Virus record (IMG/VR): IMGVR_UViG_3300046772_000032
Span: 1 to 32,768 of that record
DNA length: 32,768 nt
From: a virus
Lineage: Duplodnaviria > Caudoviricetes
Strand: one strand, 5' to 3'
The notes beneath the pieces were generated by a model. That model was not told the DNA's origin. It saw nothing but the letters and a program-made list of their open reading frames with translations, and did no database searches. Below are positions 8,374-18,278 of this stretch, piece by piece; positions within the stretch are counted from its first letter, which is position 1, and every line of letters begins with the position of its first letter. Made by a program: the position numbers and the translations under genes.

Positions 8374-9156
8374 GGATTTCATGCTGGCAATCGCTCTTGT
8401 GAGAGCAGTTGTAATATCAGACATCCCCTCATATGCAGGAATTGTGCAGGTTGAGCGACCAGCCGCAGTTGCAGCCTTAAACTCTTCTGCGGTGAACCAC
8501 TGTGGCTGAATGCCCATAAGTTCAGCAAGTTCATGCATGTTTACTGAACCCTTGTTTACAAGGTTGTAGTAACCATTTGGTTCATCTGATTCCATCAGAT
8601 CACAGGCTACAGTCACTGCTTCATCAAGATCTGTAAGCGAATTCTCGCCAGCATCAATAAGTTTGCCATTCTTGGCATAGTTATAGACCTTGGTCAGATA
8701 GTTCTTTGACTCATCTAGACCTGTAAATGGCATGCGAATGCGATAGACCTGTGCCTTATCGCCAAGGTAAACATCAGAAACTCCCTTGGAGACTGAGTAG
8801 ATGCTTCCGAAATAGTTTGGTGGTGCGTCTACATCATCGATGTCACCCATGTAGATACAGCCACTTGAGAAGTGTGCAAGACGAGTTCCCCACACCTTAT
8901 CACAAGCGTTTGCGAGCAATGCTGGGAAAATTGCATTGGCTTCAATCGTACCTTGCTTGTCCTTTTCGCAAGCATCGACGTTTGGTGTTCCTGTCTTTCC
9001 AGCACAGTTCACTACCCAATCAAAACGATTATTTTCAATCGTTTCAATTGCGTCTTCATGCGAGCAGAATGTAACCACATGCCCACGATTAAGAAGTTCT
9101 TTAAAAACTTTCTTTCCTGTCCAACCACGACCAACAATTAGAAAATGCATATTCAT
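8371..9156 (-). CDS. NDP-4-keto-6-deoxyglucose 3,5-epimerase/4-reductase (NRS/ER-type, RmlD-like SDR)
   Basis: GRGWTG nucleotide-binding motif, NCAGKTGTPNVDACE, SSGCIY, YSVSK catalytic motif, RIRMP. Confidence 0.8.
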   Translation of the reverse strand: MNMHFLIVGRGWTGKKVFKELLNRGHVVTFCSHEDAIETIENNRFDWVVNCAGKTGTPNVDACEKDKQGTIEANAIFPALLANACDKVWGTRLAHFSSGCIYMGDIDDVDAPPNYFGSIYSVSKGVSDVYLGDKAQVYRIRMPFTGLDESKNYLTKVYNYAKNGKLIDAGENSLTDLDEAVTVACDLMESDEPNGYYNLVNKGSVNMHELAELMGIQPQWFTAEEFKAATAAGRSTCTIPAYEGMSDITTALTRAIASMKS

Positions 9157-10028
9157 TACCTCATGTTAACGATTCTTGACAAATACTTACCATAATCAGA
9201 CTTACTATATTTCTGAGCAGACGTCAAAAGACGGTCTTTTGTGATCCACGCATTCTTATAAGCAATTTCTTCAGGGCATCCAATCATAGTTCCTGTTCGA
9301 CGCTGCACCGATCCCACGAAAACAGAAGCCTCTGACAGAGACTCAAATGTTCCAGTATCAATCCATGCCACGCCTCGATTCAAATACTCAATTTTACAAT
9401 CATGGTCTTTCATGTAGATGTTGTTGATGTCAGTGATCTCAAGTTCACCTCGAGCAGAAGGTTGAATCTGCCATGAGTAATCAACAACTTTATTATCATA
9501 AAAATACAATCCAGTGATTGCATAATTGCTTGGTGCATGTTTTGGTTTTTCATGAATTGCAATCGGATCGCCGTTATGATTTGTTTCCAAAACACCAAAT
9601 CGTTCTGGATCATTTACATGATATGCAAACAATGTTGCACCAGCACTATTCCAATTTGCAGAATTAAAACGATTGATTAGATCATTACCATAAAAGATAT
9701 TGTCACCTAGAATCAATGCAACATCATCTTTTCCAATCCAATTTTCAACTAGACGGAAACACTCAGCAATGCCTTTTGGTTCTCGTTGAATTGCATATGA
9801 AATTTCAACACCCCATTGAGATCCGTCTTTACACAAACGACGAAACGAGTCTGCATCGTTTGGTGAATTGATGATCATAATATCGCGAATTCCAGCCATC
9901 ATCAATGTTGTCAATGGATAGTAAACAAGTGGCTTGTCGTAGACAGGCAACAATTGTTTTGACAACACTTCTGTGCATGGGTAGAGTCTCGTGCCCATTC
10001 CACCTGATAAAATAATTCCTTTACGCAT
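9156..10028 (-). CDS. rmlA: Glucose-1-phosphate thymidylyltransferase
   Basis: KGIILSGGMGTRLYP, SKQLLPVYDKP, LILGDNIFYG, PSARGELEITD, WIDTGT; start at 10028 overlaps the rmlB stop. Confidence 0.95.
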   Translation of the reverse strand: MRKGIILSGGMGTRLYPCTEVLSKQLLPVYDKPLVYYPLTTLMMAGIRDIMIINSPNDADSFRRLCKDGSQWGVEISYAIQREPKGIAECFRLVENWIGKDDVALILGDNIFYGNDLINRFNSANWNSAGATLFAYHVNDPERFGVLETNHNGDPIAIHEKPKHAPSNYAITGLYFYDNKVVDYSWQIQPSARGELEITDINNIYMKDHDCKIEYLNRGVAWIDTGTFESLSEASVFVGSVQRRTGTMIGCPEEIAYKNAWITKDRLLTSAQKYSKSDYGKYLSRIVNMR

Positions 10029-10971
10029 TGTACCACTCCAATGTTTTCTCAAGACCCTCAACAATCTTTGTTTTCGCAGACCATCCAAGTTCCTTGAAGA
10101 TTTTATCTGAATTCATTGCATAACGAAAGTCATGCCCCTTTCTGTCAGAAACAAAGTTAATCCAACTCTGATACATGTTCACTGGCTTACCCATTAAATC
10201 AAGAATCAGAGTAATCATTTCAAGATTGGTCATTTCATGACCACCACCAATATTATAGCGTTCTCCTCGCTTGAAGTTTTGTCCAACCGTAAGCAACGCT
10301 TCGCAGTGATCATCCACAAAGATCCAATCACGAACGTTCTGACCTGTTCCGTAAACAGGAATTGGAGTATTGTTCTTTATGTGACGGATTACAGTTGGAA
10401 TAAATTTCTCGCGATGTTGGCGAGGACCATAGTTGTTTGAGCAGTTAGTTACAATCGCATCAATACCATGTGTGTTCACATATGAGCGAACAAGATGATC
10501 GCTGGCTGCTTTTGTAGCAGAATACGGATTACGAGGATTGTATGGAGTATTCTCAGTGAACGGTGGATCGTCATGAGACAATGAACCATAGACCTCATCA
10601 GTAGAAATATGAACGAGTTTTCCCTTATATTTCTTGATGCATTTTAAAATGTTGTGAGTGCCCACAACATTAGTGCTGACAAAGTCATCGTCACCATGGA
10701 TAGAGTTATCAACGTGAGATTCAGCAGCAAAATGAAACGTAATTTCTGGTTCATAGTCTTGATATAAATGATCTACAAATTCAAGATTGCGAATGTCAAC
10801 TTTCTTGACGTTTAATCGCCAATCTTCCCAAAAGCCGTTTAGATTTGATCCATTAGCAGCATATGAATGATTGTCAAGAACAACAATCTCGTCTGCAGGA
10901 TATTTTTTAAGGTGCGAGATTACAAAATTAGAACCAATAAATCCCAAACCACCAGTCACAAATGTTGTCAT
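10021..10971 (-). CDS. rmlB: dTDP-glucose 4,6-dehydratase
   Basis: VTGGLGFIGSNF, HFAAESHVDNSI, HISTDEVYG, PYSATKA, NNYGP, RDWIFVDDH, DRKGHDFRY. Confidence 0.95.
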   Translation of the reverse strand: MTTFVTGGLGFIGSNFVISHLKKYPADEIVVLDNHSYAANGSNLNGFWEDWRLNVKKVDIRNLEFVDHLYQDYEPEITFHFAAESHVDNSIHGDDDFVSTNVVGTHNILKCIKKYKGKLVHISTDEVYGSLSHDDPPFTENTPYNPRNPYSATKAASDHLVRSYVNTHGIDAIVTNCSNNYGPRQHREKFIPTVIRHIKNNTPIPVYGTGQNVRDWIFVDDHCEALLTVGQNFKRGERYNIGGGHEMTNLEMITLILDLMGKPVNMYQSWINFVSDRKGHDFRYAMNSDKIFKELGWSAKTKIVEGLEKTLEWYNA

Positions 10972-10974
10972 AAA

Positions 10975-11676
10975 TTATTTTTTCGCCCTCGTTGCAATAA
11001 CAATTAAATCTTTATCATTCTCTAAATCAACATCTGATTTATTTAAAGAAACAGCCTGTAATGCTGTTGAGAATCTATAGTTGTATATAGGGTAACTTCC
11101 GCCACGTTTTAATCTAATGCGCAAACGCAACTTTGGATCAAATTCTGGTACACCAAGTTTTGCGACATCTTTTCCCATATAAAATAAACCATATTTTCCA
11201 ATTTGGATATAATACGTTTTTTTACTCGCATAATAATCTGCAACAGCACTAGCCTTTACATTAATAAATTTATCTCTAAATTTAGCATAATCATGCGCAA
11301 CATCAGAAGGTTTAAATTGATCTAGCGGTACAGTGAATTTTCTTGGTGGACCAGCACTTCCCCATTCTTTGTTTACCAGTTCAGGAACTTTGATTGATGT
11401 CAAAAATTCTCTCATCTGTTCTGCAGATTCTGTTTTTGCTCCACCAAGTATCCATTTATTCTTTTTTAGATCATAATCTAAAGAACCTTGACCGAAATCA
11501 ACTTTGAGGTCTAACTTAATTTCAACTTTGTACTTGACTCCCTTTATAATAATTTCGGCGTCTGGCGCGTTTGGATCTGCTCCTGCTCCTTGAAACCCTG
11601 AACTTTGAATTTTATATTTCTTGAGCAACTTATTAATTTTGCTCTCATATAAAAATCCTTTGTTATCCGCAGCCAT
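10975..11676 (-). CDS. PD-(D/E)XK-fold endonuclease, restriction-enzyme-like
   Basis: GFLYE helix, then APDAEI and VEIK catalytic pattern; basic protein in visibly AT-rich DNA. Confidence 0.65.
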   Translation of the reverse strand: MAADNKGFLYESKINKLLKKYKIQSSGFQGAGADPNAPDAEIIIKGVKYKVEIKLDLKVDFGQGSLDYDLKKNKWILGGAKTESAEQMREFLTSIKVPELVNKEWGSAGPPRKFTVPLDQFKPSDVAHDYAKFRDKFINVKASAVADYYASKKTYYIQIGKYGLFYMGKDVAKLGVPEFDPKLRLRIRLKRGGSYPIYNYRFSTALQAVSLNKSDVDLENDKDLIVIATRAKK

Positions 11677-12280
11677 TCTTATAAACCTTTTTCAGAAATC
11701 GTTTCCAAATTTTTGGATCTTGTTTACGAAAGTGCATTCGATACATATAGATGGCTTCACACTCTCTCCAGCCAATCTTATGTGCCTTTCGTAACTTATT
11801 TATATCGAACTTCTCAGCCTGAGTTTCATAGGCATGAGCATCTATCTCATCTGGATTACCATAGTACATTGCTTTCATTTTGTTTTGTTTTGGCTTTGGA
11901 CTATATTCTTTTTGTAAAAGCAATGGTCTTTGTTTTTGCTGATGCTTATGTCGATACTCATGATGTACTGCACGAATAATCTTTACCGCTAGATTCTTTG
12001 CACCACACTCTGTTATAACTGCCTTCTTTGAATCTTTTGGAAAAGACAATTGAATGTAAATGTGTTCTGGAATTATATCAGAAATTCTATTGCAATAGTG
12101 ACCACTTACAATCACATTATGATCTTCGTAATACTCTTGATCAAATCTCTCTGAAGAAAAGCAAACAATGTATGATTTAAATGCTTTGTTTAACTCGCGA
12201 ATGATAGAAGGTACATGCTTCTTACCAACCCAATTTTCGGCAAGAGCATAAACTTTCTTTTCAATTCGTTGCAGTTTCAT
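11663..12280 (-). CDS. HEXXH zincin-like metallopeptidase-family protein
   Basis: VHHEYRHKHQ followed by YYGNPDEIDAHAYE (third-ligand Glu). Confidence 0.65.
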   Translation of the reverse strand: MKLQRIEKKVYALAENWVGKKHVPSIIRELNKAFKSYIVCFSSERFDQEYYEDHNVIVSGHYCNRISDIIPEHIYIQLSFPKDSKKAVITECGAKNLAVKIIRAVHHEYRHKHQQKQRPLLLQKEYSPKPKQNKMKAMYYGNPDEIDAHAYETQAEKFDINKLRKAHKIGWRECEAIYMYRMHFRKQDPKIWKRFLKKVYKNGCG

Positions 12281-13656
12281 TACACCTTCAGATTCTTAAA
12301 CTTGTCTGTGCTCTTTCCGCGATCGAATACTGGCTTTGACTCAGCCTCCTTCATCACAGCGTCTTGCGCTTTCTGCTCAAGATCATACAACTTCATCTTG
12401 GCTCTGTCAACTCCAATTGTAAATCGCTTGTGAAGGTTTGGATCGTTGTAGCGATTCTTCAACTGTTTCACAAGCATTTGATTTAACTGCTGCAGTTCCT
12501 CATTGCTCACCAATGCAAACATAAAATCAGCAGTAGCAGGCAAACCGAAAGACTCTGAAGTGTCCTCCAGACCTGGATCTGAATTCGAAAAGCCAGACCT
12601 TGTCGTCTGAGTTGCGGAGACAATCGGCACGTTATTTTCGACGGCAAGCCCACGAAGTTCTTCTGCGATGGCTTTGATGTATGTGTAGGAATTAACATTA
12701 GCGCCAGCCTTGATTCGAGCAGATGCGCAAATATTTAGATAATCAATAAAGATAATATCTGGTCGGAAATTCTTCTTCAAAGCCAAGTCATTGATAAGTG
12801 CACGGAAATGCGCAGGATTGGCAGATGCAGTTGGATACTCTTTAATGATCAACTTACCCTTGATCTTTTCCTTGAGTTTACCCATGCGCTTCTCATACAT
12901 GTCTTTCGGCATGTTCATAAGATCATCAAGAGAAACATTCAGAAGATTGGCATCGATGCGCTCGGCAATCTTCTCTTCGGACATTTCAAGAGTTATGTAA
13001 AGAACGTTGTAGTTCTGAACCAGACAACCAGCAGCCACATGACACATGAAAAGAGACTTGCCGACACCAGTACCTGCAAGAGCAATGTTAAGGGTCTTCT
13101 GCGGAAGTCCTCCTTTAGTAATCTTGTTGAAATATTCAAGATCGAAGGGTATTCTTTTTTCGATACGATGATAAAAATCGTAGCGATCAGTGTAGCCATC
13201 CAAAAAGTCGTGACCAATATGAGGATCGAAACTAACGCCCAAAGCATCAGAAAGAAGAGTGGGAATACTTCCTTTGCCCCTCGCTGGATCTTTGCCATCG
13301 AGGATCTGAATTGAGTCCATGATTGCATTATAGACTGCTTTTTCTTGACAGAACTTTTCCGTTGTATCAAGTAACCAGCCCACTTGTTGCTCTGTTGTGT
13401 CACTTGCTATCTCCTTCAGCAATTCCAGAGACTTATTTAACTCAACTTCAGTAAGTTTTGTTGATTCCTTTAGACTGATTTGAAGTGCTGTGATTGGAGG
13501 AAGATTGTTATACTTCAGAATGAACTGTTTTATTTCCTCGAACAGCTTTTTTTCGTGACTTTCTGTTAGGTACTCGCTCTTCATGAACGGTAGCACCTTC
13601 CTCATGAACGTTTCGTTTCTTACCAGATTGGAGAGAATCAGTGTCTCTGTTTTCAT
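12280..13656 (-). CDS. gp41: Replicative DNA helicase (T4 gp41, DnaB family)
   Basis: LAGTGVGKS Walker A, YITLEMSEEKIAERIDAN, IKEYPT, IDYLNIC, SATQTTR, SESFGLPATAD, KQLKNRY. Confidence 0.97.
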   Translation of the reverse strand: MKTETLILSNLVRNETFMRKVLPFMKSEYLTESHEKKLFEEIKQFILKYNNLPPITALQISLKESTKLTEVELNKSLELLKEIASDTTEQQVGWLLDTTEKFCQEKAVYNAIMDSIQILDGKDPARGKGSIPTLLSDALGVSFDPHIGHDFLDGYTDRYDFYHRIEKRIPFDLEYFNKITKGGLPQKTLNIALAGTGVGKSLFMCHVAAGCLVQNYNVLYITLEMSEEKIAERIDANLLNVSLDDLMNMPKDMYEKRMGKLKEKIKGKLIIKEYPTASANPAHFRALINDLALKKNFRPDIIFIDYLNICASARIKAGANVNSYTYIKAIAEELRGLAVENNVPIVSATQTTRSGFSNSDPGLEDTSESFGLPATADFMFALVSNEELQQLNQMLVKQLKNRYNDPNLHKRFTIGVDRAKMKLYDLEQKAQDAVMKEAESKPVFDRGKSTDKFKNLKV

Positions 13657-13981
13657 GCGGTTCCCCAGAATTCTTTATTGAGCCAATGAGTATACTACGA
13701 AAAACATATGAAGTAAACTTATGAAACCTAGAAGATGTTACATCAAGATTGTTTGGATTCGCGATAACGTTCACGTCAAAAAGACATTGACCATCATCAT
13801 CAATCTTGATGTTATCATATTGAACAATTACACCTGGATATCTTCGAAGTAACTTAATTGAGACTGCTGATGGATTTGAAATATCAACATGAAAAGTATA
13901 TTCTTTGTCCAAACGAACAAACTTTTCTGCATACCAAAAATCGACTTTTGCAAGAAAGTCTTGAATTTTATTCATCATCAT
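13508..13981 (-). CDS. gp40-like protein (head vertex assembly chaperone position)
   Basis: Occupies the uvsX-40-41 syntenic slot; YPGVIVQY core; the C-terminal about 49 codons overlap gp41. Assignment rests mainly on synteny. Confidence 0.5.
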   Translation of the reverse strand: MMMNKIQDFLAKVDFWYAEKFVRLDKEYTFHVDISNPSAVSIKLLRRYPGVIVQYDNIKIDDDGQCLFDVNVIANPNNLDVTSSRFHKFTSYVFRSILIGSIKNSGEPHENRDTDSLQSGKKRNVHEEGATVHEERVPNRKSRKKAVRGNKTVHSEV

Positions 13982-15011
13982 CGGTAGTGTTTCCAGTCAT
14001 GATTGAACTAAACTGATAGTTGTCGCGAACCCATTGCTTGAACGTATCATCAGCAAGAATCGACGCCCAGAATTCTGGACAATCTGTGTCAGCCAGACGC
14101 CACTTCTTACTTTCAATTGCACCTGTTGAGCGATCGACTTTTGCGTACCAACCCATGCTTGGCTTGGTTACATGACCAGACTCAAGTGCCATATCCAAAA
14201 GACCGCTGTAACGAGAAATACCGCCATCGAAACGAACAGTGACAGGGATACGGGCTTTTTCGCGAACATAACGTGACTTCTCAACATTAATGATAAAGTT
14301 GTAACCAATCAACTCCTGACCATCCTTTTCCTGCTGACGACCAAGGATGTAGATGTTGTCAGCAGAGTAATAGGAACCTGTTCCGCCACCGACAATATCC
14401 TTGGGAAACATACCAATTTCTTTGTAGGTATGATTTACTACGACCATCGGAATGTCCTTTAGGGTGAGGTGAGGGGTCACCATACGGAACAGGGATTTAA
14501 TTTGCTTGGCGCGAGTCATGTCACCAACAGACTTTTGCTCAAGCGCATCTTCAACTTCTTTCTTTGATGCAAGATTGCCAATCGAGTCAATCACAATCAT
14601 CACGCGATCACCACGTTCAATGTTCTGCAACTGATTCATCACGTCAAACTTTAACTGCTCAACATCAGTCACTGGAGTGTGAACAACACGCTCCATGTCA
14701 ATGCCAAATGATGTAAAGTAGTTTTGTGGTGTGCCAAACTCAGAGTCATAAAACAAAACAACTGACTCTGGATATTTTTCTTGATAGGCTTTTGCCATCA
14801 AAAGACTGAATGCAGTCTTGAAGTGCTTACTCGGACCAGCCCACATGGTAAGTCCAGGAGTGAAACCGCCATCAAGATCTCCAGAGAACGCAACATTCAC
14901 AACAGGAATGTTGGTCTGAATCATATCCTTGGCTGCAAAAAACTTTGAGTTTGCAAGAATAGCAGTGTCTTTAATTGTCGTATTTTTCTTTAACTTTTCA
15001 AGTAGGCTCAT
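13968..15011 (-). CDS. uvsX: RecA-like recombinase UvsX
   Basis: AGPSKHFKT, FYDSEFG, VIDSIGNLASKKEVEDA, DMTRAK, VEKSRYVRE; GGAGA RBS before the ATG at 15011. Confidence 0.97.
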   Translation of the reverse strand: MSLLEKLKKNTTIKDTAILANSKFFAAKDMIQTNIPVVNVAFSGDLDGGFTPGLTMWAGPSKHFKTAFSLLMAKAYQEKYPESVVLFYDSEFGTPQNYFTSFGIDMERVVHTPVTDVEQLKFDVMNQLQNIERGDRVMIVIDSIGNLASKKEVEDALEQKSVGDMTRAKQIKSLFRMVTPHLTLKDIPMVVVNHTYKEIGMFPKDIVGGGTGSYYSADNIYILGRQQEKDGQELIGYNFIINVEKSRYVREKARIPVTVRFDGGISRYSGLLDMALESGHVTKPSMGWYAKVDRSTGAIESKKWRLADTDCPEFWASILADDTFKQWVRDNYQFSSIMTGNTTDDDE

Positions 15012-15039
15012 GGCATTTCTCCACAAAAGGTAGAATTGT

Positions 15040-15068
15040 AGTATATAACAGATTACTCAAAAAAGCAA
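15040..15068 (-). promoter_or_regulatory. sigma70-like promoter for uvsX
   Basis: TTGCTT (15068-15063), 17-bp spacer, TATACT (15045-15040). Confidence 0.55.
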
Positions 15069-17593
15069 TCCAGGGACGCAACTTTTTCTGAGTGCCATCC
15101 AATTGATGATAGAATAATTTGGAGTGGCTCAACAAATGATTTTTCAAACTGCAAGTCATAATCAATGTACTGCTCAGCACGAAATTGTTTTGGTAGACCA
15201 GAAATGAATGCAAGAGTATTGTTATTGAAGATATTTGGTTGCTTCAGATAGACAAACTTGATCTTCTCACCTTCTTGGATCAGTTGAAACTTTCTTGTCA
15301 ACTTAAATTCTTCCAGATAGTGATTGTACACAAGAGCACCCTTCACATGAATCGGCGTGCCCTTCCTGAAGATACTTGCAGCGTCTGCATATTCACCAAG
15401 ACCATTGACTGATCGAGGAAAAGAAATGTCCTCAACAGGAAGTTGTTTGAACTCTTGACGGAACTTATCAATAAACTTATGAAGATCATCTTCAGTTTGC
15501 GTCATGATGAGGTTGATTGCTTCCTTAATCTTCACACGGCAAGCAGATGGCGTTGAGGATTTGACAGCCTCAAGACCCATGATCTTGAGTTTTGGTTTGG
15601 CATATGCCACACCTTCGCTATCATGCACATTTAGAATATATCGTTTCTTTGCAGTCCAGATTGCTTTGTCTGCAAGAGATTCGCGCTTCATCTCCATGCG
15701 CTGTTGATACGCATTCACATAGTCTCTTAATTCATCATAGGAAGAATCAATGAATGGTTGCAATTTATCATCACAAACCTTGTTCATGAACTTGATGACT
15801 TTCTTTGTATCTGACACATTTGGATACAATTTGTCAACCAATGGTCCCATGTTCAAATAGATTGAGTCAGTGTCTGACGCAATTACATAATCTTTATTTG
15901 TTGTCTTGAGCAATTTGTTCATGTATTCATTGATTTTCTTCTCAATCCAACGAATAGACAACTGACCTGCTGTTGTAATGCCTTCGGCGATACGAATGTC
16001 GAAGAATCGGAAGTATTGATTGCCCAGCGCACCGTAAGCAGAGTTTAGTGTAACTTTCTTTGCCAACTGAAGATTATTGTATCGCGCAACCTGCTTTTCA
16101 AGATACTCAACTTGATTCTTATCTTCAAGGACTGTTTCAATTTTCTTTTTGGCTTCAATTGCCAATTTCTTATATCGTGTGCGATCTTTGTACATGGTGT
16201 CCATGATCTCAGGAAGCACACCCTGCTCATTCGTTAGGAACAACTGGCTATTTGGTGTCAATGTTACACCAGAGTCTTTCAATGGGCTTGTATCAACTTG
16301 CTGATGGAGCAACGACTCAACATTGATTTTGTTATTGCTCAAGAAGTTTCTCATTGCTGAGTTATAATTCTTTGGCTCAACAAGAGTTTCCATTGAGATG
16401 TTGTACTGCATGATCAAGTGTGGATACAGACTGTTCAAGTCAAATGACGCAACCCACTGATGCATTCCAAGGATCGGATCCTTGACATATGCGCCTTCGT
16501 ACTGAGAACTCTTGACACCATGAGACATCTGCGGAATTACAACTTTCTTTTTGAGGAGATAGTTGTAGACAATCGCATCCCACATGCGCACCTGCGTGAA
16601 CACATCGTCGTAGTTGACCTTGTTATCATATGCAAGAGTCAATGCCAACTCAATCAACTTCATCTTGTCTTCGAGTTTCTCAACAAGTTCAACGTCTCGA
16701 ATATTATATTCAATGAATTTCTGATAATCTTGTTTGTACAACTCATGTAGAGTTTCATACTCTGAGTAATCCATCTTACGCTCACCCAATTCAACGTGAG
16801 CAATATGATCAAGGCGATAGGATTCTTGTTGTGAGTATGTAAACTTGCGATACAATTCAATGTAATCAAGAGTTGCTACACCATCAAGTTCATAGACTTG
16901 ATGCTCACGATTCATCACAAATGCTTCTCGTGATGATAAACGATTCCACGGAGAGAGTTTCTTTGCTTCATCCTCTCCGAGGATTTTTGTGATACGATTT
17001 ACAAGGTATGGGATATCGAAGAACTTGACGTTCCAGCCTGACACTACATCTGGATGGAATCTTGACCAGAAATCAATGAATCTTCGTATAAGGTCTGACT
17101 CATCTCGACACTTTGCATAGTGCACGTCGTCACGATGCTTGCTATAATCGCCGACACCAAACACAAAATAATTACCCTTGAGTTTGATAGTGATGGCTGT
17201 GATTGATTCGTTGGCTGCTCTTGGTTCAGGGAATCCATTTTCTGATCCAACTTCAATGTCGAGATAAGCGATAGTAATTTTGTTAATATCCCAAAGAATA
17301 TCATCAGGATAACTATCGGCAATATAAGCATACTCATAGCGATTATTGCCAAAAACAGGGAAATTATCGACACTTTTATACCTCTCTAGAAATTCTCGAC
17401 ACTCTGGAATAGTGCCAGGTTGGATTGGCTTTACATCTTGCCCATCCAATGTTTTGTATTCTGACTTGTCTTGAGACAAAAGGAAAAAGGTCGGACGAAA
17501 TTCAATCTTTCGTCTGACCCTTTTGTCATTCTCAACACCTCGATAGAGGATATACTTACCTGCTACCGAGATGTTTGTGTAGAAATCGGACAT
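15053..17593 (-). CDS. gp43: Family B DNA polymerase (T4 gp43)
   Basis: Exonuclease motifs LDIEV, GWNVKFFDIPY and YNIRDV; polymerase motifs SFDLNSLYP, KVTLNSAYG, SDTDS and KKRY. Confidence 0.98.
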   Translation of the reverse strand: MSDFYTNISVAGKYILYRGVENDKRVRRKIEFRPTFFLLSQDKSEYKTLDGQDVKPIQPGTIPECREFLERYKSVDNFPVFGNNRYEYAYIADSYPDDILWDINKITIAYLDIEVGSENGFPEPRAANESITAITIKLKGNYFVFGVGDYSKHRDDVHYAKCRDESDLIRRFIDFWSRFHPDVVSGWNVKFFDIPYLVNRITKILGEDEAKKLSPWNRLSSREAFVMNREHQVYELDGVATLDYIELYRKFTYSQQESYRLDHIAHVELGERKMDYSEYETLHELYKQDYQKFIEYNIRDVELVEKLEDKMKLIELALTLAYDNKVNYDDVFTQVRMWDAIVYNYLLKKKVVIPQMSHGVKSSQYEGAYVKDPILGMHQWVASFDLNSLYPHLIMQYNISMETLVEPKNYNSAMRNFLSNNKINVESLLHQQVDTSPLKDSGVTLTPNSQLFLTNEQGVLPEIMDTMYKDRTRYKKLAIEAKKKIETVLEDKNQVEYLEKQVARYNNLQLAKKVTLNSAYGALGNQYFRFFDIRIAEGITTAGQLSIRWIEKKINEYMNKLLKTTNKDYVIASDTDSIYLNMGPLVDKLYPNVSDTKKVIKFMNKVCDDKLQPFIDSSYDELRDYVNAYQQRMEMKRESLADKAIWTAKKRYILNVHDSEGVAYAKPKLKIMGLEAVKSSTPSACRVKIKEAINLIMTQTEDDLHKFIDKFRQEFKQLPVEDISFPRSVNGLGEYADAASIFRKGTPIHVKGALVYNHYLEEFKLTRKFQLIQEGEKIKFVYLKQPNIFNNNTLAFISGLPKQFRAEQYIDYDLQFEKSFVEPLQIILSSIGWHSEKVASLDCFFE

Positions 17594-17594
17594 G

Positions 17595-17894
17595 TTACCC
17601 CGTAATCAATTGCTTTGGAGGGACTACAATTCCTGCTCCGAAGATCTGATTATATCCGTTTCTCACCTCAGTGGCAACCTCTGCGATAACAAGAATATGA
17701 TTCTTCTTGATTGTAAATGGAGGATTGCTTGCTTGCATCCATGGCATGAAACCAAGAACTGGCGTGCCATCTTTACCACGTTGAAGAACGCAAGCAACAG
17801 GATTTGTGAATGTAATTTGATCTTCACTATCCTCTTCGATTTCTACAATTAATTCCTCGCCATTTACGAGTTTGAGTGCTTTGATGTTTGACAT
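17595..17894 (-). CDS. Conserved T4-like hypothetical protein (Sm-like beta fold suspected)
   Basis: KALKLVNGEELI...NP...FMPWM...YNQIFGAGIVVP pattern, recognised from memory. Confidence 0.65.
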   Translation of the reverse strand: MSNIKALKLVNGEELIVEIEEDSEDQITFTNPVACVLQRGKDGTPVLGFMPWMQASNPPFTIKKNHILVIAEVATEVRNGYNQIFGAGIVVPPKQLITG

Positions 17895-18084
17895 TATCTG
17901 TTACCTTTTTATATGAATCAAATAGGGTTTTATCTTTTAGACTTTGCGGAAGATTATTTCTATAGTAGACGCCATCATGCATAGTCCAAAGATCTTTGCC
18001 GACTTTCAATTGCCAACCATCAAAACTTTTAATTTGTATTTGATTGTTGACAAAAAAGTCTTTGAGTTCAGAGAGACTATTCAT
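17827..18084 (-). CDS. Hypothetical protein
   Basis: Fills the gap; ATG at 18084 overlaps the upstream stop. Confidence 0.55.
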   Translation of the reverse strand: MNSLSELKDFFVNNQIQIKSFDGWQLKVGKDLWTMHDGVYYRNNLPQSLKDKTLFDSYKKVTDNVKHQSTQTRKWRGINCRNRRG

Positions 18085-18274
18085 CGTTAGAAGTTTCAAC
18101 TGCGTTGCGCTTCAACTTAAATCCAACGTGATTTGCATGAGCAGTGATGAAACTCTTTTTGAGTCTGCCTCGCTCATGTTCATCTTTCACCCATCCATAT
18201 GTTTCTGCCATTGCAAGCATTCGCTTGAAGTGGCGTGGAAGTTTAGCATTAAAAAAATCACTACGATTTGCCAT
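18077..18274 (-). CDS. Small basic hypothetical protein
   Basis: 65 aa with a GAGG RBS; tiles with its neighbours. Confidence 0.65.
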   Translation of the reverse strand: MANRSDFFNAKLPRHFKRMLAMAETYGWVKDEHERGRLKKSFITAHANHVGFKLKRNAVETSNDE

Positions 18275-18278
18275 GTTA

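Noticed and set aside
10029-10088. 20-aa N-terminal extension of RmlA (similar extensions on UvsX and gp45)
   Set aside because: The extensions overlap upstream genes or lack an RBS; the family-typical N-termini begin at 10028, 15011 and 30405.
4675-12737. Other TAAATA matches (4675-4680, 11040-11045, 12732-12737) as late promoters
   Set aside because: They lie inside coding sequence in AT-rich DNA where a 6-mer occurs by chance; the first two are possible but unsupported.
15060-15070. MotA box (TTGCTT) upstream of uvsX
   Set aside because: It sits 17 bp from the -10, the spacing of a -35 element, which is longer than typical MotA spacing.
15053-17593. Intein, intron or split in DNA polymerase (also checked for helicase and UvsX)
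   Set aside because: Lengths are normal, motifs are contiguous, and no intein splice motifs are seen.
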